The notes: generated from the letters alone by a model not told the origin. 57,429 nucleotides of DNA, filler included, from Sphacelaria rigidula (GCA_964200075.2; 8 parts of 8 records of this genome joined end to end with filler, not necessarily neighbours in it); one strand, 5' to 3'. Shown: positions 26,390 through 37,635, counted from the whole stretch's first letter. Program-made: numbers and translations.

Positions 26390-26448
26390 AGGGTTGTGCA
26401 AGGAGAACTGCGGGGAGCTGTGTCAGACGAAGACCCCCTGCAGATGAT

Positions 26449-26799
26449 CTAGGATGAAGTGAACTTGGTCACGGCTTTCGTGCCCTCGGACACGGCGTGC
26501 TTCGCCAACTCTCCGGGGAGCATCAGGCGTACAGCCGTCTGCACCTCGCGAGAGGACAGGGTCGACTTCTTGTTGTAGCGGGTCAGCTTGCCGGACTCGC
26601 CCGCCACGCGCTCGAACACGTCGTTGATGAACGAGTTCATGATGGACATGCCGCGCTTAGAGATCCCCGTGTCGGGGTGCACCTGCTTGAGCACCTTGTA
26701 GATGTACGACGAGTACGACTCCACTTTCTTGGCCTTCTTCTTCTTGTCTCCGGCCTTCTTGGGGGCCTTGGCAGACTTCTTCGACGGTGTCTTAGCCAT
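26449..26799 (-). CDS. H2B: Histone H2B, 116 aa, intronless
   Basis: MAKTPSKK...[31 protein letters not shown]...[20 protein letters not shown]. The true ATG is at 26799, not the ORF-track start. Confidence 0.98.
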   Translation of the reverse strand: MAKTPSKKSAKAPKKAGDKKKKAKKVESYSSYIYKVLKQVHPDTGISKRGMSIMNSFINDVFERVAGESGKLTRYNKKSTLSSREVQTAVRLMLPGELAKHAVSEGTKAVTKFTSS

Positions 26800-27166
26800 A
26801 TTTACTCTTCGTTGTGCGTGTGTTTGAAGTTGGGTATGTTGAGATGTGGTTGTGGTAAGGGGTGGGGTGAGCTTGAGGCGCGCAGTGTGCGACCAGTCGA
26901 AATCAAAATTCAAAATTGGTAGTGGAGGAGGCATGTTTGTTTGATGTTCCCGTTCGTACCTCACACTTGTGTGAGCCAATCAGCGACGTTACTGTACAGC
27001 CGTTGCAATAGGGGCCGCTCTCGAACCTTTTCAAATTTGAATTTGAGTATCAGACAGACCGATCGCTTTGTTGTTTTGCTCCTGTGACCTCCCCCACTGA
27101 CCACACTCCCATCTACCAGCAGAGCACACATCTCCAGCACCTTGAAAATATTTCAACCTATCAATC
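26800..27166. promoter_or_regulatory. Bidirectional H2A/H2B promoter region
   Basis: 367 bp between divergent ATGs; central CCAAT at about 26976; mirrored TTTGAATTT motifs. Confidence 0.75.
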
Positions 27167-27544
27167 ATGTCTGGCAAGGGAAAGGGCGGACGCGGTGAGG
27201 GCAAGAAGTCGGTGACCAGGTCTGCCAAGGCGGGCCTGCAGTTCCCCGTCGGCCGTATTGGCCGTTTCCTGAAGAAGGGCAAGTACGCGTCTCGTGTGGG
27301 CGCCGGTGCCCCGGTGTACCTGGCTGCTGTGCTGGAGTACCTGACTGCCGAGGTGCTGGAGCTGGCTGGCAATGCCGCTCGCGACAACAAGAAGGCCCGT
27401 ATCGTGCCCCGCCACATCCAGCTGGCTGTGCGCAACGACGAGGAGCTGAACAAGCTGCTTGGCGAGGTGACAATCGCCTCAGGTGGCGTGCTGCCCAACA
27501 TCCACGCTGTCCTTTTGCCCAAGAAGGTGGTGAAGAAGGACTGA
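27167..27544 (+). CDS. H2A: Histone H2A, canonical type, 125 aa, intronless
   Basis: [10 protein letters not shown]...[30 protein letters not shown]...[15 protein letters not shown]; no C-terminal SQE(Y/F) motif. Confidence 0.99.
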   Translation: MSGKGKGGRGEGKKSVTRSAKAGLQFPVGRIGRFLKKGKYASRVGAGAPVYLAAVLEYLTAEVLELAGNAARDNKKARIVPRHIQLAVRNDEELNKLLGEVTIASGGVLPNIHAVLLPKKVVKKD

Positions 27545-27617
27545 GCTTCCCCGGATTAAGTCTCGACTCTGGCAGAGCTCGTGTGCCCGCCGCAAGGTGG
27601 GGCCAAAACAAACCTCT

Positions 27618-27633
27618 GGTGTTACTCAACACC
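27618..27633 (+). terminator. Histone mRNA 3' stem-loop (H2A)
   Basis: GGTGTT-ACTC-AACACC then ACCC; 6-bp stem and 4-nt loop. Confidence 0.85.
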
Positions 27634-28821
27634 ACCCTTTGAGAAAAGAAAAGATGCGAATCGTTTGACCGGCATGCGCAAAGCACAGATGCGCACCTTG
27701 ACATCGTACACCAGACTGGTGGGAATGATGACTGCAGCATCTGACGAAGTCACTGGGCGAACTGCGACACCAGCACTGCACACCCGACTTTTACAACTTT
27801 CGAAGACGCGACCGTGGACAAGATGTGTGATGTGACGCCAGTTTTCATCTCTCGGCGAACTAACCCTCTTCTCAACCCCGTAACCACCATGCAGGGTAGG
27901 CGATGTGTTGGGACTGGGACGCGATTATTTTGTGGATCGAAGGTCATTTCCTGATGGAGTGGGGTGTCGCTCGGTACAAAATCAAAAAAGAACACCCGAG
28001 GAAAGGGTTGAATGTGTCATACCTACCGTAGTAATACTGTGCTGTCATGCGGTACAGTCCGGCACGGTTACCCCAAGTGCAGTACAGCAGTGGACATGGA
28101 ATAATGGAGCTGGCCACTTCTCAGGGACCAGAGCACGTGTGGACGACCTCGGGAAGAGACATACTTGCAGTGACGGTTCGAAAGGACCAAATTACCGAGG
28201 ACCCTGTGTTGTAATGATACTAGACAACTTGGGGTGATGCCAGGAGGAGCCTGATACCAGGACGATCCAACATCCCCCGAGGAACTGGTCGCCCCAGGCG
28301 AGAACTTTTCGTCTGACCCAACTTCTTGCCCACATATCACAAGAGGAAATCATCGCCCGCCTCGGAGTTCCCTCGGGATCAGGACGACCTATCCCGAGAC
28401 AGCCTCCTCCTTGAGTCTGTCTACCCTAGCAGTACGCCTTTCTCACACACAGACTGGGTGCAGACATGAAGCGACGAAGTTGAGCATTTCATCATTTGAA
28501 TCACCACAACACAACTCAGACATGGATTTGAGCTACAAAAGTCAAGCACTTTTTTTCACTCCAGTACCCAAACACAGCCTGGACATGGAAGTGAAATAGC
28601 GAAACAAACCAATTTTTCACAGGCACCGTAGGTAAGGTACCGTACCGAGCGTACCCCCGGTATTTNNNNNNNNNNNNNNNNNNNNNNNNNNNNNNNNNNN
28701 NNNNNNNNNTTAATTAATTAANNNNNNNNNNNNNNNNNNNNNNNNNNNNNNNNNNNNNNNNNNNNCCACCCCCCCCCCCCCGCGGGGCCCACCCCCCCAC
28801 AAGCGCCGGCGGGGGGGGGCT

Positions 28822-28860
<39 letters not shown>

Positions 28861-29463
28861 ACTCGACATCAAGACTCACGGTCGGGTTCAGGTCGTCTCT
28901 TATTGAGACCATGAAAAAATCACTTTCTCACAATTAGGTTCGCCAGTGATTCGCCGTGGCTAACAACCCCTCCTTCTCCCCCCCCCAAAAAAAAGAAGGA
29001 AAAAGAAGGCATACGCACACTGTGATTTCCCATGTCGGGATGAGCGTGGTAGAAACGATGAATCCACCCCCCCTCCCTTTTGGTGGACCGATTTCTAATA
29101 CCTGAGGAGGGCCTTTTTCTATTCGATGAGTTGAACGAGCTGACAGCCCCTTTTGGTGGCTATATATACCCAGTCTACCGCAGGATGCAACGCGCTGTCA
29201 TCGTTCGATTGTGATACATGAACAATGCATCGCGGCATTAAAGTGTGACGCATGTTGCTCGTGCTTCTTGCATAAATACGGGGATACATGAACGGGAAGA
29301 GAGGACATCAACCCGAAAATGATCGTTGTCGTAGTTTTCGGTGTGCAGTTGATCTAGCCAAGAAAAATTTCCGAAATTTGTTTGAACTCAACAGGTCTCA
29401 CGTAAGATTCAACACCGAACTCTTCACGTCGACAGCAGAGGCACTAAATGCCCTACATCTGAG

Positions 29464-30176
29464 ATTCTCACCTCAAGTTTTGGAGTTGTGCTGTGGAATT
29501 CGCGATGGAGTATCGCAAGGGCCACACAAAAATAAAACGCTCAGAACCTCAAGTTTTTATTTCCATGAGTCAGGGACGTATGTATATAGCAAAAAATGGA
29601 TATTGATTTTGGTCCTTGTCTCATCTCTCAGCTTAGTTTATCGAATTGAAATTTATTATCACAAGGGCATACTAAGAACAAAGCAAGACCGGGCCCTGAT
29701 TTCTCCCCCTGAGTTACGGACATTTTCATAAAAAAGCGATCCTCACTACACTAATACGTCCTCAACTCATGGAAAAACATCTCCATATCCCATTTTTTGT
29801 TTCATTTTGCCATGACAATAACCCACGCAGCACGAGTACCAAAACTGGGCTGTCAACGTAAATGGCCTGCAAAATACTGTTCCGAATCTCGACCAGCCCA
29901 TGCTATAAACCGCTCATCTTCACCTAAATTTTGAGCGTGAGATGTTCGAATCTGATGTGGAAAATCGCCAGGAAAATGATGGAATGAACTCTCTGAGACA
30001 TGAAGATTTGTGGTTCATGAATTAGGGACGTCTAAGTGACACCTACATATTGTTTTTGGAGGTTTACTCGTGAAACAAAAAAACTTACAAGATGTCGAAA
30101 AAAAATTGTTCAGTTTGCCCTAGAGATTCTCCATATCGAATTAGAAAGTCAAACTCCCAAAATTGAGGTGAGAATG
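29464..30176. mobile_element. Old element with long, diverged terminal inverted repeats
   Basis: TTCTCACCTCAAGTTTTGGAGTT...GAATTCGCGATGGAGTATCGCAAGGGC against GCCCTAGAGATTCTCCATATCGAATT...AACTCCCAAAATTGAGGTGAGAA. Confidence 0.5.
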
Positions 30177-31318
30177 GGCCTGCATGCAACCTGCAGATCC
30201 GCTACAAGGGTGAGGGACAAACACGTGCCTGATTTTTGGGCGCATGCTGCAGCCAAGGTACATACACTCGTGCAGCACTAGCTACAGACACGCATAGGCT
30301 CTCCTGTCTACTAAAGTGCGACGCCATTGGGACCAGTGCATTTGGTTCGATATTGGGCTAGCACCAACAATGCGTGCACGCAACTGCGCGCCCTTTCCCA
30401 CACTGTGCGCGATTTCGGCGCCATTCGTGCCGTATCCAGCTGTCGAAAATATGCATCACCACTTCCTTCCTTGGGGCATCGGAGCCGAAACGAACACATC
30501 ACGCGTGGTTGCATAACAGCTACTGTACGTATACCATATGGTCATCAAGCATTGTTGGTTACTCCGTTTGTTGGTTTGTTTGTTTTAACCAAGTTGCCTG
30601 GGAAAAATATGTTTACAATTTCGATTTTCCGGAATGAAGAAGAAATTCCTGTGCGTCTGAAAATAGTTCCCGTACGCGGCGGATTACGAACACGTCCGGG
30701 TGTCGACCCTTGAGCGCCATGCCCCGGAGTTACCGATATTTCGGGGTCCCGTATAAATGTTCAGGACGGAGTGTAACGCATGCAGCCGGTCAGCGCTGGA
30801 ATCGACATAATGTGATTTGATTTCTGTCAGCCAGAATCGGCCTCCATATCGTAACGCTATTTGCAGTTGATTCCGGACAAGAGAGATGGCACATCAAAAG
30901 TCACCTGCGAAATGTGGCTCTTGAGAGAAGACATCCTAATCACCTTGAGTCAAAGAAAGGCAAAAAGAATTTCCGTCGCAAGAAAGGAACCTGGATACTT
31001 ATTTTACAAAACAATAGACCACCAAAGAGAAGAATTGAAGAAAAAAAGAGCACTACTTTTGCCCCGTCAGGCACAAAAAAACGGGTGCAGGCCGAGCAGG
31101 TCGCTAGCAGATAGGAGGGTATGCATGAACCAAACCAGGCTCAGTCCTTTTTTTTATCTCAAAAATAGCCCCGACTCACAGAATAGTCATGTTGGCGCAC
31201 GTGGTACCGCAGCGTCGAAGAGCTCTCGCCCTTGTCAGCTTTCCGTGTGATCGCCCGTTGTCTGTGTCGCTCTCGCTTCGAAGACTGTATAAGGTCGCTA
31301 TGTTGTGTTAAGCCGTGA

Positions 31319-31389
31319 GGGGGAGGGGGGGGTACTCATTTGTTGCTTGCCTTAGTCGTTTGATCATTGACCACGGATCCCTTTCGAGA
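31319..31389 (-). mobile_element. C-tract-associated short repeat, subfamily A
   Basis: Reverse-complement match to 47258-47330. Confidence 0.8.
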
Positions 31390-31643
31390 GGTGAGAGAAA
31401 GACTGGGGTGTCTTGGCTGTCGGAGGACGAATCGATGGTTCTTTTGGAAACCTGTCAGGAACAAGGATCCGTAAGATTGTCCACGCGATTCCGGTGAGAA
31501 AAAGTACGGGAGCGTCGCGTGTGCCTCCTCGTGATGTTCCTCCGTACTGAGGCTTGGGGGGCGAGTGATGCGGACATAAACCATATGTGTCTTATTTCCC
31601 ACAGCTCCCCCTACCTACCGGTATTTTGGCGCAAAAGTTATGA

Positions 31644-32005
31644 CTGGTCGCCCCGGTGGCTCAGTTAGTAACCTCGAAACCTTCTGACGGTTGGGTCGTG
31701 GGTTCGAATTTCGGTGCAGTCACACGATCTGGGATTTTTTCCCACACCATGACCGACAGTGGAGAGCGACCATGTCGTGGGTACACAAAACGTTCGACTT
31801 CGGGGTCGACGAGGGAAAGGGACTGCTGAACCCCTCTCGCGATGAAAATTAAGGCAAGTACCGCAGAAGAAAGGTGGAGCACTAAAACAAAAGAAAAAAA
31901 AAGTTCCTGTGTTGGCCTTCCTCCTGTGTGACCCCGGCTGATGCACCCTTATATACCGAAAGGTCTAGACTAGCGTCCAGGATACATGAGATGACAACAC
32001 ACACA
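31644..32005 (+). mobile_element. tRNA-derived SINE, family 1 (best-preserved copy)
   Basis: A-box TGGCTCAGTTAG, B-box GGTTCGAATT, shared body, (CA)n tail. Confidence 0.85.
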
Positions 32006-32211
32006 AAGATGTTGAGCCAAGTGTTTCGTTCATTTCTGTTCGGTTTCTCCGATGGGATTCATTCTTGTATGCGGTATCTGAAGTGCAAGCCGTGGCGGTC
32101 GATTTGTTTGCGACCGATCGTCCGAGATGATTACACGAGGGGAAGCGGTGGTCTGTGTCGGCGCGGTCAACCATGGGGATTTGAGTCGCTCAAACGTGCT
32201 ATTGTACTAGC

Positions 32212-34365
32212 ATGCGGCAGGTGCACCTGCCGAGCATTGTTGATGCTGTGTTGTGGAATCACCGCCCTCTCCACCATTTCGTACTCTGTATTGCGCTTGT
32301 GCTGATTTCCCCCCCATTCCTCAGGTGGAGTTACATGCTAGATACCATGGTCCTTGGCAGCATTGCCATCGCCGACTCCTGGGCGATGGTTGCATCATCG
32401 TCGCGGGCACCGAATAGTGCTGTTGGCGCTCGGCTATGGCGACCGGGCGTATTCTCCACAAAAAGGCCAATTGTTACCTGCGGGCTGGCCCGCAAAGGCG
32501 CAAGGGGTGATCGTGAGGGCGATCGAGGTCGGGGTGGTCATGAGCGAGGAGGACCACGAGCAGGTGAGAGTGGAAATGGGCAACGGTCATGTGGCGATGG
32601 TCGTGGGGGCGCGAGGGGCCCGGGCATTGTTGGACAAGGTGGACAGCAAGGAGCCAGAAGGGGAAATGGCCAACGTCCACCTAGCGATATCCGAGCCGTT
32701 CAATCCTCCTACATGGGTCGAATAAAGCAAGCGGGGCTTCGGCGAAATTGGAGTATGGTAAAGCAAGTATTGGTAGAAGCTCTGGCTCGTAAAGACTCAC
32801 GATTGGTCGTAAATGTATACATATACGGTACGATCATAGACGTTGCTGCAAAGAGCGGCAATTGGAAACTAGCCATCAACATGCTGACGTACATGCGTCG
32901 GATAGGAGGTGTGGTTCCCAACGAGGTGTGCTACGGCTCGGCCATCAACGCTTGTGGCAATGGCAGGCAATGGGAGCGGGCCCTACTTCTTTTCAGGGAG
33001 ATGAAGGCTGCGGGTATCGTTCCTGGGGTTATAACGTACAACTCGGCCATCAAGGCATGTGGTGGCCAATGGGAACAAGCGCTGTTGCTTTTCAGCGAGA
33101 TGAAGGCCCAGGGTGTCAATCCTAATGTCAAAACCTACAGCTCTGACATAAAGGCGTGCGGGGACGGTGGACAATTGGATCAGGCTTTATCACTTTTGAG
33201 GGAGATGCAGACCGAGGGCATCACTCCCAATGTAATAACCTACAGCTCGGTCATCACGGCATGCGAAGACGGTCGGCGATGGGATCAAGTTTTGTCACTT
33301 TTGAAGGAAATGAAGACCAAGGGTATTAACCCGAATGTCATCACCTACAACGCGGCCATCAAGGCGTGCGGTGAACAGTGGGAGCAGGCTGTGTTGCTTT
33401 TGAGGGAGATGAAGACTGAGGGCATTGCCCCCAACGTCATAAGCTACAATTCAGCCATCAAGGTATGTGGGGATGGCGGAGAGTGGACGGAGGCTTGTTC
33501 GCTCTTGCGAGAGATGAAGGCCGAAGGTATCACCCCTGATGTCATAAGCTACAGTTCGGCCATCACGGCATGCAGTGAGCATTGGGAGCAAGCTTTATTA
33601 CTTTTGCGGGAGATGAAAGCCGAGGGCATCACCCCGAACGTCGTGACGTACAGCTCGGCCATTAAGGCATGCGGGGACAGCGGAAAGTTGGATCAAGCTT
33701 TGCTACTTTTGAGCGAGATGAAGGACGAGGGTATCGCCCCGAATGTCAAAACCTACAGCTCGACCATCAGGGCGTGCGGTGAGCAATGGGAACAGGCTGT
33801 GTTGCTTTTGAGTGAGCTGAAGACCGAGGGTATCGTCCCCAATGTCATAACCTACAATTCAGCCATCAAGACTTGCGGCGACGGCGGAGAGTGGAAGGAG
33901 GCTTGCTCACTTTTCCGGGAGATGAGGGCCGAGGGCATCGCTGCGAATGTCAAAATATACAGCTCGGTCATGAACGCGTGCTGGAACGGTGGGCAGTGGC
34001 AGGAGGCGTTGCTGCTCTTCAGGGAAATGAAGGCCGAGGGTATCGCTCCTAATGTCATGACCTACAACTCGGCCATCAAGGCATGCGGAGGCCGTGGAGA
34101 GTGGAGGCAGGCTTTGTCGTTTTTGAGCGAGATGAAGATCGAGGGTATTGCCCCTGATGTCATAACATACAGCTTAGCCATCACGGCGTGCGGAAATGGT
34201 GGAGAGTGGGAACGGGCTCTGTCGCTTTTGAGGGAAATGAAAACTGGAGGTATCGTCCCTGATGTCATAACATACAGCTTAGCCATCACGGCGTGCAGAA
34301 ATTGTGGAGAGTGGAGAAGCTTTGTCACTGCTAAGGGAGATGAAGACGGAGGGTATCGCCCCTGA
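32212..34365 (+). CDS. P-class pentatricopeptide repeat (PPR) protein, single exon; frameshift near 34318
   Basis: 14 complete tandem motifs of type NVITYNSAIKACGxGGQWEQALxLLREMKxEGIxP; repeats continue in another frame to 34483. Start codon uncertain (32212, 32335 or 32347). Confidence 0.93.
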   Translation: MRQVHLPSIVDAVLWNHRPLHHFVLCIALVLISPPFLRWSYMLDTMVLGSIAIADSWAMVASSSRAPNSAVGARLWRPGVFSTKRPIVTCGLARKGARGDREGDRGRGGHERGGPRAGESGNGQRSCGDGRGGARGPGIVGQGGQQGARRGNGQRPPSDIRAVQSSYMGRIKQAGLRRNWSMVKQVLVEALARKDSRLVVNVYIYGTIIDVAAKSGNWKLAINMLTYMRRIGGVVPNEVCYGSAINACGNGRQWERALLLFREMKAAGIVPGVITYNSAIKACGGQWEQALLLFSEMKAQGVNPNVKTYSSDIKACGDGGQLDQALSLLREMQTEGITPNVITYSSVITACEDGRRWDQVLSLLKEMKTKGINPNVITYNAAIKACGEQWEQAVLLLREMKTEGIAPNVISYNSAIKVCGDGGEWTEACSLLREMKAEGITPDVISYSSAITACSEHWEQALLLLREMKAEGITPNVVTYSSAIKACGDSGKLDQALLLLSEMKDEGIAPNVKTYSSTIRACGEQWEQAVLLLSELKTEGIVPNVITYNSAIKTCGDGGEWKEACSLFREMRAEGIAANVKIYSSVMNACWNGGQWQEALLLFREMKAEGIAPNVMTYNSAIKACGGRGEWRQALSFLSEMKIEGIAPDVITYSLAITACGNGGEWERALSLLREMKTGGIVPDVITYSLAITACRNCGEWRSFVTAKGDEDGGYRP

Positions 34366-36160
34366 TGTCATAACCTACAGCTTGGCCATCAAGACATGCA
34401 GGGACGGCGGACAGGGCGAGCACGCCTTGTCCTTTCTGGGGGAGATGCAAAACGAGGGTATCGCCCCTGACATGTCAACGTGACAGCTCTACCATCGTGG
34501 TACTCGGGGATTGTACACAACGGGACCCAAGCTAGATCTCTCTTGGGGGACATGAAAACGGAGGATGTCACACTGCGACCGCGTAGTCGGTTATTAATGC
34601 ACTGTATGCCGGAGGTGGGTGGGGGCGTGCATTCTTCAAAGAATCCCCCCTCGCGATCAGGGTTATTCGGTCAGATGTGAGAAATCGACGCACACTCTAC
34701 AACAGGAGGTGGGGTTTGGCCCAGGCTAAGCGTCTGCGTAATGGCTACCGGTAGTCGTTGCAGCGCGAGGGTCAAATACCAAGAGTGAGCGGATCCGAGA
34801 AAAAAAAAAAAAGTCAAGGGTCAGGCATGAGGAGTGAATGAGTCGGACAGGCGGACAGACAGGGACATCTTTATTTCCCGTCAGAGACTCCAGTAGATCA
34901 CTCCAGAATTGGTGACCCACTGCCTTCACCTCTAGTTAATCAGGTGTTGTCCCTGCATACATGATGTGCCGTGACATCCACCGGCGCTCCTCGAAGTTGA
35001 TAACGGTAATGCCCCGATCGACCCCTTCAAAGATTGCTGGTAACACCCAGAAAACGCACGTGAACGCTAAGGTCTCACAAACCACAGTATGAACAGTACC
35101 AACTGAGATGGCAGCAGTGATGGTTGCCACAGATTCTCGCCTGTTGCGGAATATCGGGGATGCTGAATTACCAAATATTCTGTTTTGTTGCGGTGAGTCG
35201 GGGCCTTGACCTCAAGTTAGTGTTACCCAATCGTCTGGCGTGCATTATCGCTATTTTTTTAGGCATTTCCAGCCAGTCTTGTTTAGAACACATTTTGTTT
35301 TTTAGAACACGCGCGGAACATTGCGAACCCTTTCGCCAAATTGAATGTCGAGCGTTTGATTGAGGCTGGGAGCCCAAAGAATGGGAAATCCCATTTCATT
35401 TATCCACTGATGCTTCTTGGGGAATATTTCGCTAAGCCAGTCGAGGAGCTACTCGAATGAAAGCTCTTAGCCGTGGGAAGAATCCGATGTGTATTTTTGC
35501 TGCATTGACGTTGTCAATCAGCAGATATCTGGGACTCCAGATTCCCAGCAATGGTCGACGAATGCTTAATGCCTTTACGGCCAAATTTCCCTCCAGGCCT
35601 CATACGCTTTCTGCAGTAGCTTGTCACTGATGCCTCTGGTACCCCTGAGTAAGATATCGACGTATAGGTGTGAGCACACGTTTTTTTCAGCAAGAACGAA
35701 AACACCGTCGAGTCATAGCGAGTCATAGAACTCATTGTCAATCAAATGCTGTACTAGACACTAAATCTGGCGAGAAGGTTTTTGACGATGCATTCCTCCT
35801 ATAACAATAAACTGTGCGAATTGAGGTTTAACTCCGAGATGAGGTTCAAGTCTAAANNNNNNNNNNNNNNNNNNNNNNNNNNNNNNNNNNNNNNNNNNNN
35901 TTAATTAATTAANNNNNNNNNNNNNNNNNNNNNNNNNNNNNNNNNNNNNNNNNNNNGAAGCCTACTGATCATCTTGCATGCGGATAACAGCTTACAATGA
36001 CTTGCTTTATTGTTTGGTATTGCCACTTCCAGAGACAGCCACGGCTTATACACCGCCTCATGGGTGTCTCGCCATGTAAAAACTACGTAGTGCGATCGTC
36101 CCCATTGTGCGGAGTTGAGGTTCTCCCACGCCCCCGCGCATTCGGGGTGGGTGGGTGGGT

Positions 36161-36232
36161 GGGGGGGGGGCGTACTCACTGGTTGCTCGCCTTAGTCGTT
36201 TGACATTGACCACGCATCCCTTTCGAGACGGA
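36161..36232 (-). mobile_element. C-tract-associated short repeat, subfamily A
   Basis: Reverse-complement match to 47258-47330, with G-tracts on both sides. Confidence 0.8.
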
Positions 36233-36415
36233 GCACCCATTCGGGGGGGGGGGGGGGGGGTCCTATATGGCCATGACCCTTTTTTTGGGCTGATACCTTG
36301 GGGAACGTTGGAGTATGTGGTGTCTGCCTTAGTAACGTTATCCCAGGTCTTGTACACACGTAGTCGCTGCGAAAATGACGACAATAAGTAAAACGCGAAT
36401 TGAAGTAGTCATCAC

Positions 36416-36525
36416 CTCAGTGTCCACAATGCGGAGGTCCACCCCTGCACTGTCACCCGGTCGGCCGCAGCCTATGACATTTGTCGTGAGCACTCCGTCG
36501 TCTTTTCCGCCCACGGTTCCCCCCG
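36416..36525 (-). CDS. FAAL-like adenylating enzyme, exon 4 of 4 seen
   Basis: CAG|cg-GGTVGGKDDGVLTTNVIGCGRPGDSAGVDLRIVDTE|GTGATG; phase-1 start matches exon 3. Confidence 0.8.
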
Positions 36526-37280
36526 CTGCATGGACATAAGAAGTAAATAGCAGAGGCGAAAGTACAAGTTCGAAATACAAGAATTGAAATAAAAGCAAAA
36601 ATAACAAAAGCAGAAGCAAAAGAAAGAATAACATGAAAATAAGAAACAAAAGGAAAAACAAAAATTGAAAAAAAATGAAAAAAAATGAACTTGAAAATAG
36701 AAACCAAAATGAATAAAATAAATAAATAATACGGAAATGATGATGATACGAAGTATACACAACAAAACGTCATGATTCATCCAGCAATTACAACAGCAGT
36801 TGCACAGCAGTTGCGCCCTCGTTGACTGCATTGACTCCTACCCCCTCGAGTACAAGAGAGATATTTGTATGCGTGATTGCCCGGGAATCACGTCACCATC
36901 TACGCGAGGATCTGCATAGACGAACGAACGAGGTGGTGTCATTATTGGGAAAAATAAACACAACACGAACGAGAGTAACCCGGGAACCAGAACAGTGTTG
37001 ATTGTATGCGCATCACACAGACCCTTCGACCCACCAACACAAAAACATGCCGCATGGCTCTTTTCCAGGGGGATATACAATGCACAACACACCACCAACG
37101 AACGGAGCCACGTGTGGCGTGTGTGCACCATATGTATGCAGCTCACACGGCTTCAACACACTCGAGAGCACGACGTGACAGGTGTCAACCTTACGGCATC
37201 TCCCCAAAAAATAAAAATACGAAGAGAGACTAAACAGGTTCGTCATTCCCCTCCGGTGAATTGGAATGTACCGGACTGAC

Positions 37281-37329
37281 CTTCCACGCCGTAGGCCCAA
37301 AGCTCCAGCTTGTTTTTGACCAGTCGGAT
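37281..37329 (-). CDS. FAAL-like enzyme, 49-nt exon 3
   Basis: Branch-like TACTGAC, then CAG|IRLVKNKLELWAYGVE-g|GTCAGT; supplies the required phase 0 to 1 bridge. Confidence 0.65.
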
Positions 37330-37635
37330 CTGTGCACACAGTCAGTATTGCGCAGCAAACAGCATGGGCAGCACAGGACGACGCCCCCCAGCGAGACGAG
37401 AAGCAAACACAAGAGTAAATAGAAACAGCGCCGTGAGATCAGAATGTTCTTTCTTCATTTTCGGTCGGACAAAATGATCCCCTTGACAGATCGAGCCATT
37501 TTTTTTTCTTCTGAACAATAGTAACAACAGTATGACCGACTCTTGTGGGAACCGTTCAAATTTGGCATAATTCAAAAAATTTCAACTGGTGCTGGTGGTG
37601 TAATGAGAACCACTTTTACACACGTCGGACGGATC

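Noticed and set aside
26800-26979. 60-aa N-terminal extension of H2B in the ORF track
   Set aside because: Covers the promoter and 5' UTR; the canonical start is MAKTP at 26799.
27031-27740. Antisense ORFs over H2A (and 26497-26922 over H2B)
   Set aside because: Shadow ORFs caused by GC-biased codon usage.
31648-31722. Functional tRNA gene (also 42361-42432 and 863-887)
   Set aside because: A/B boxes only; no proper cloverleaf, and each continues into a repeated body.
36338-36831. Long hydrophobic F/L-rich ORFs as membrane proteins
   Set aside because: A-rich low-complexity intron; only 36416-36525 is supported as an exon.
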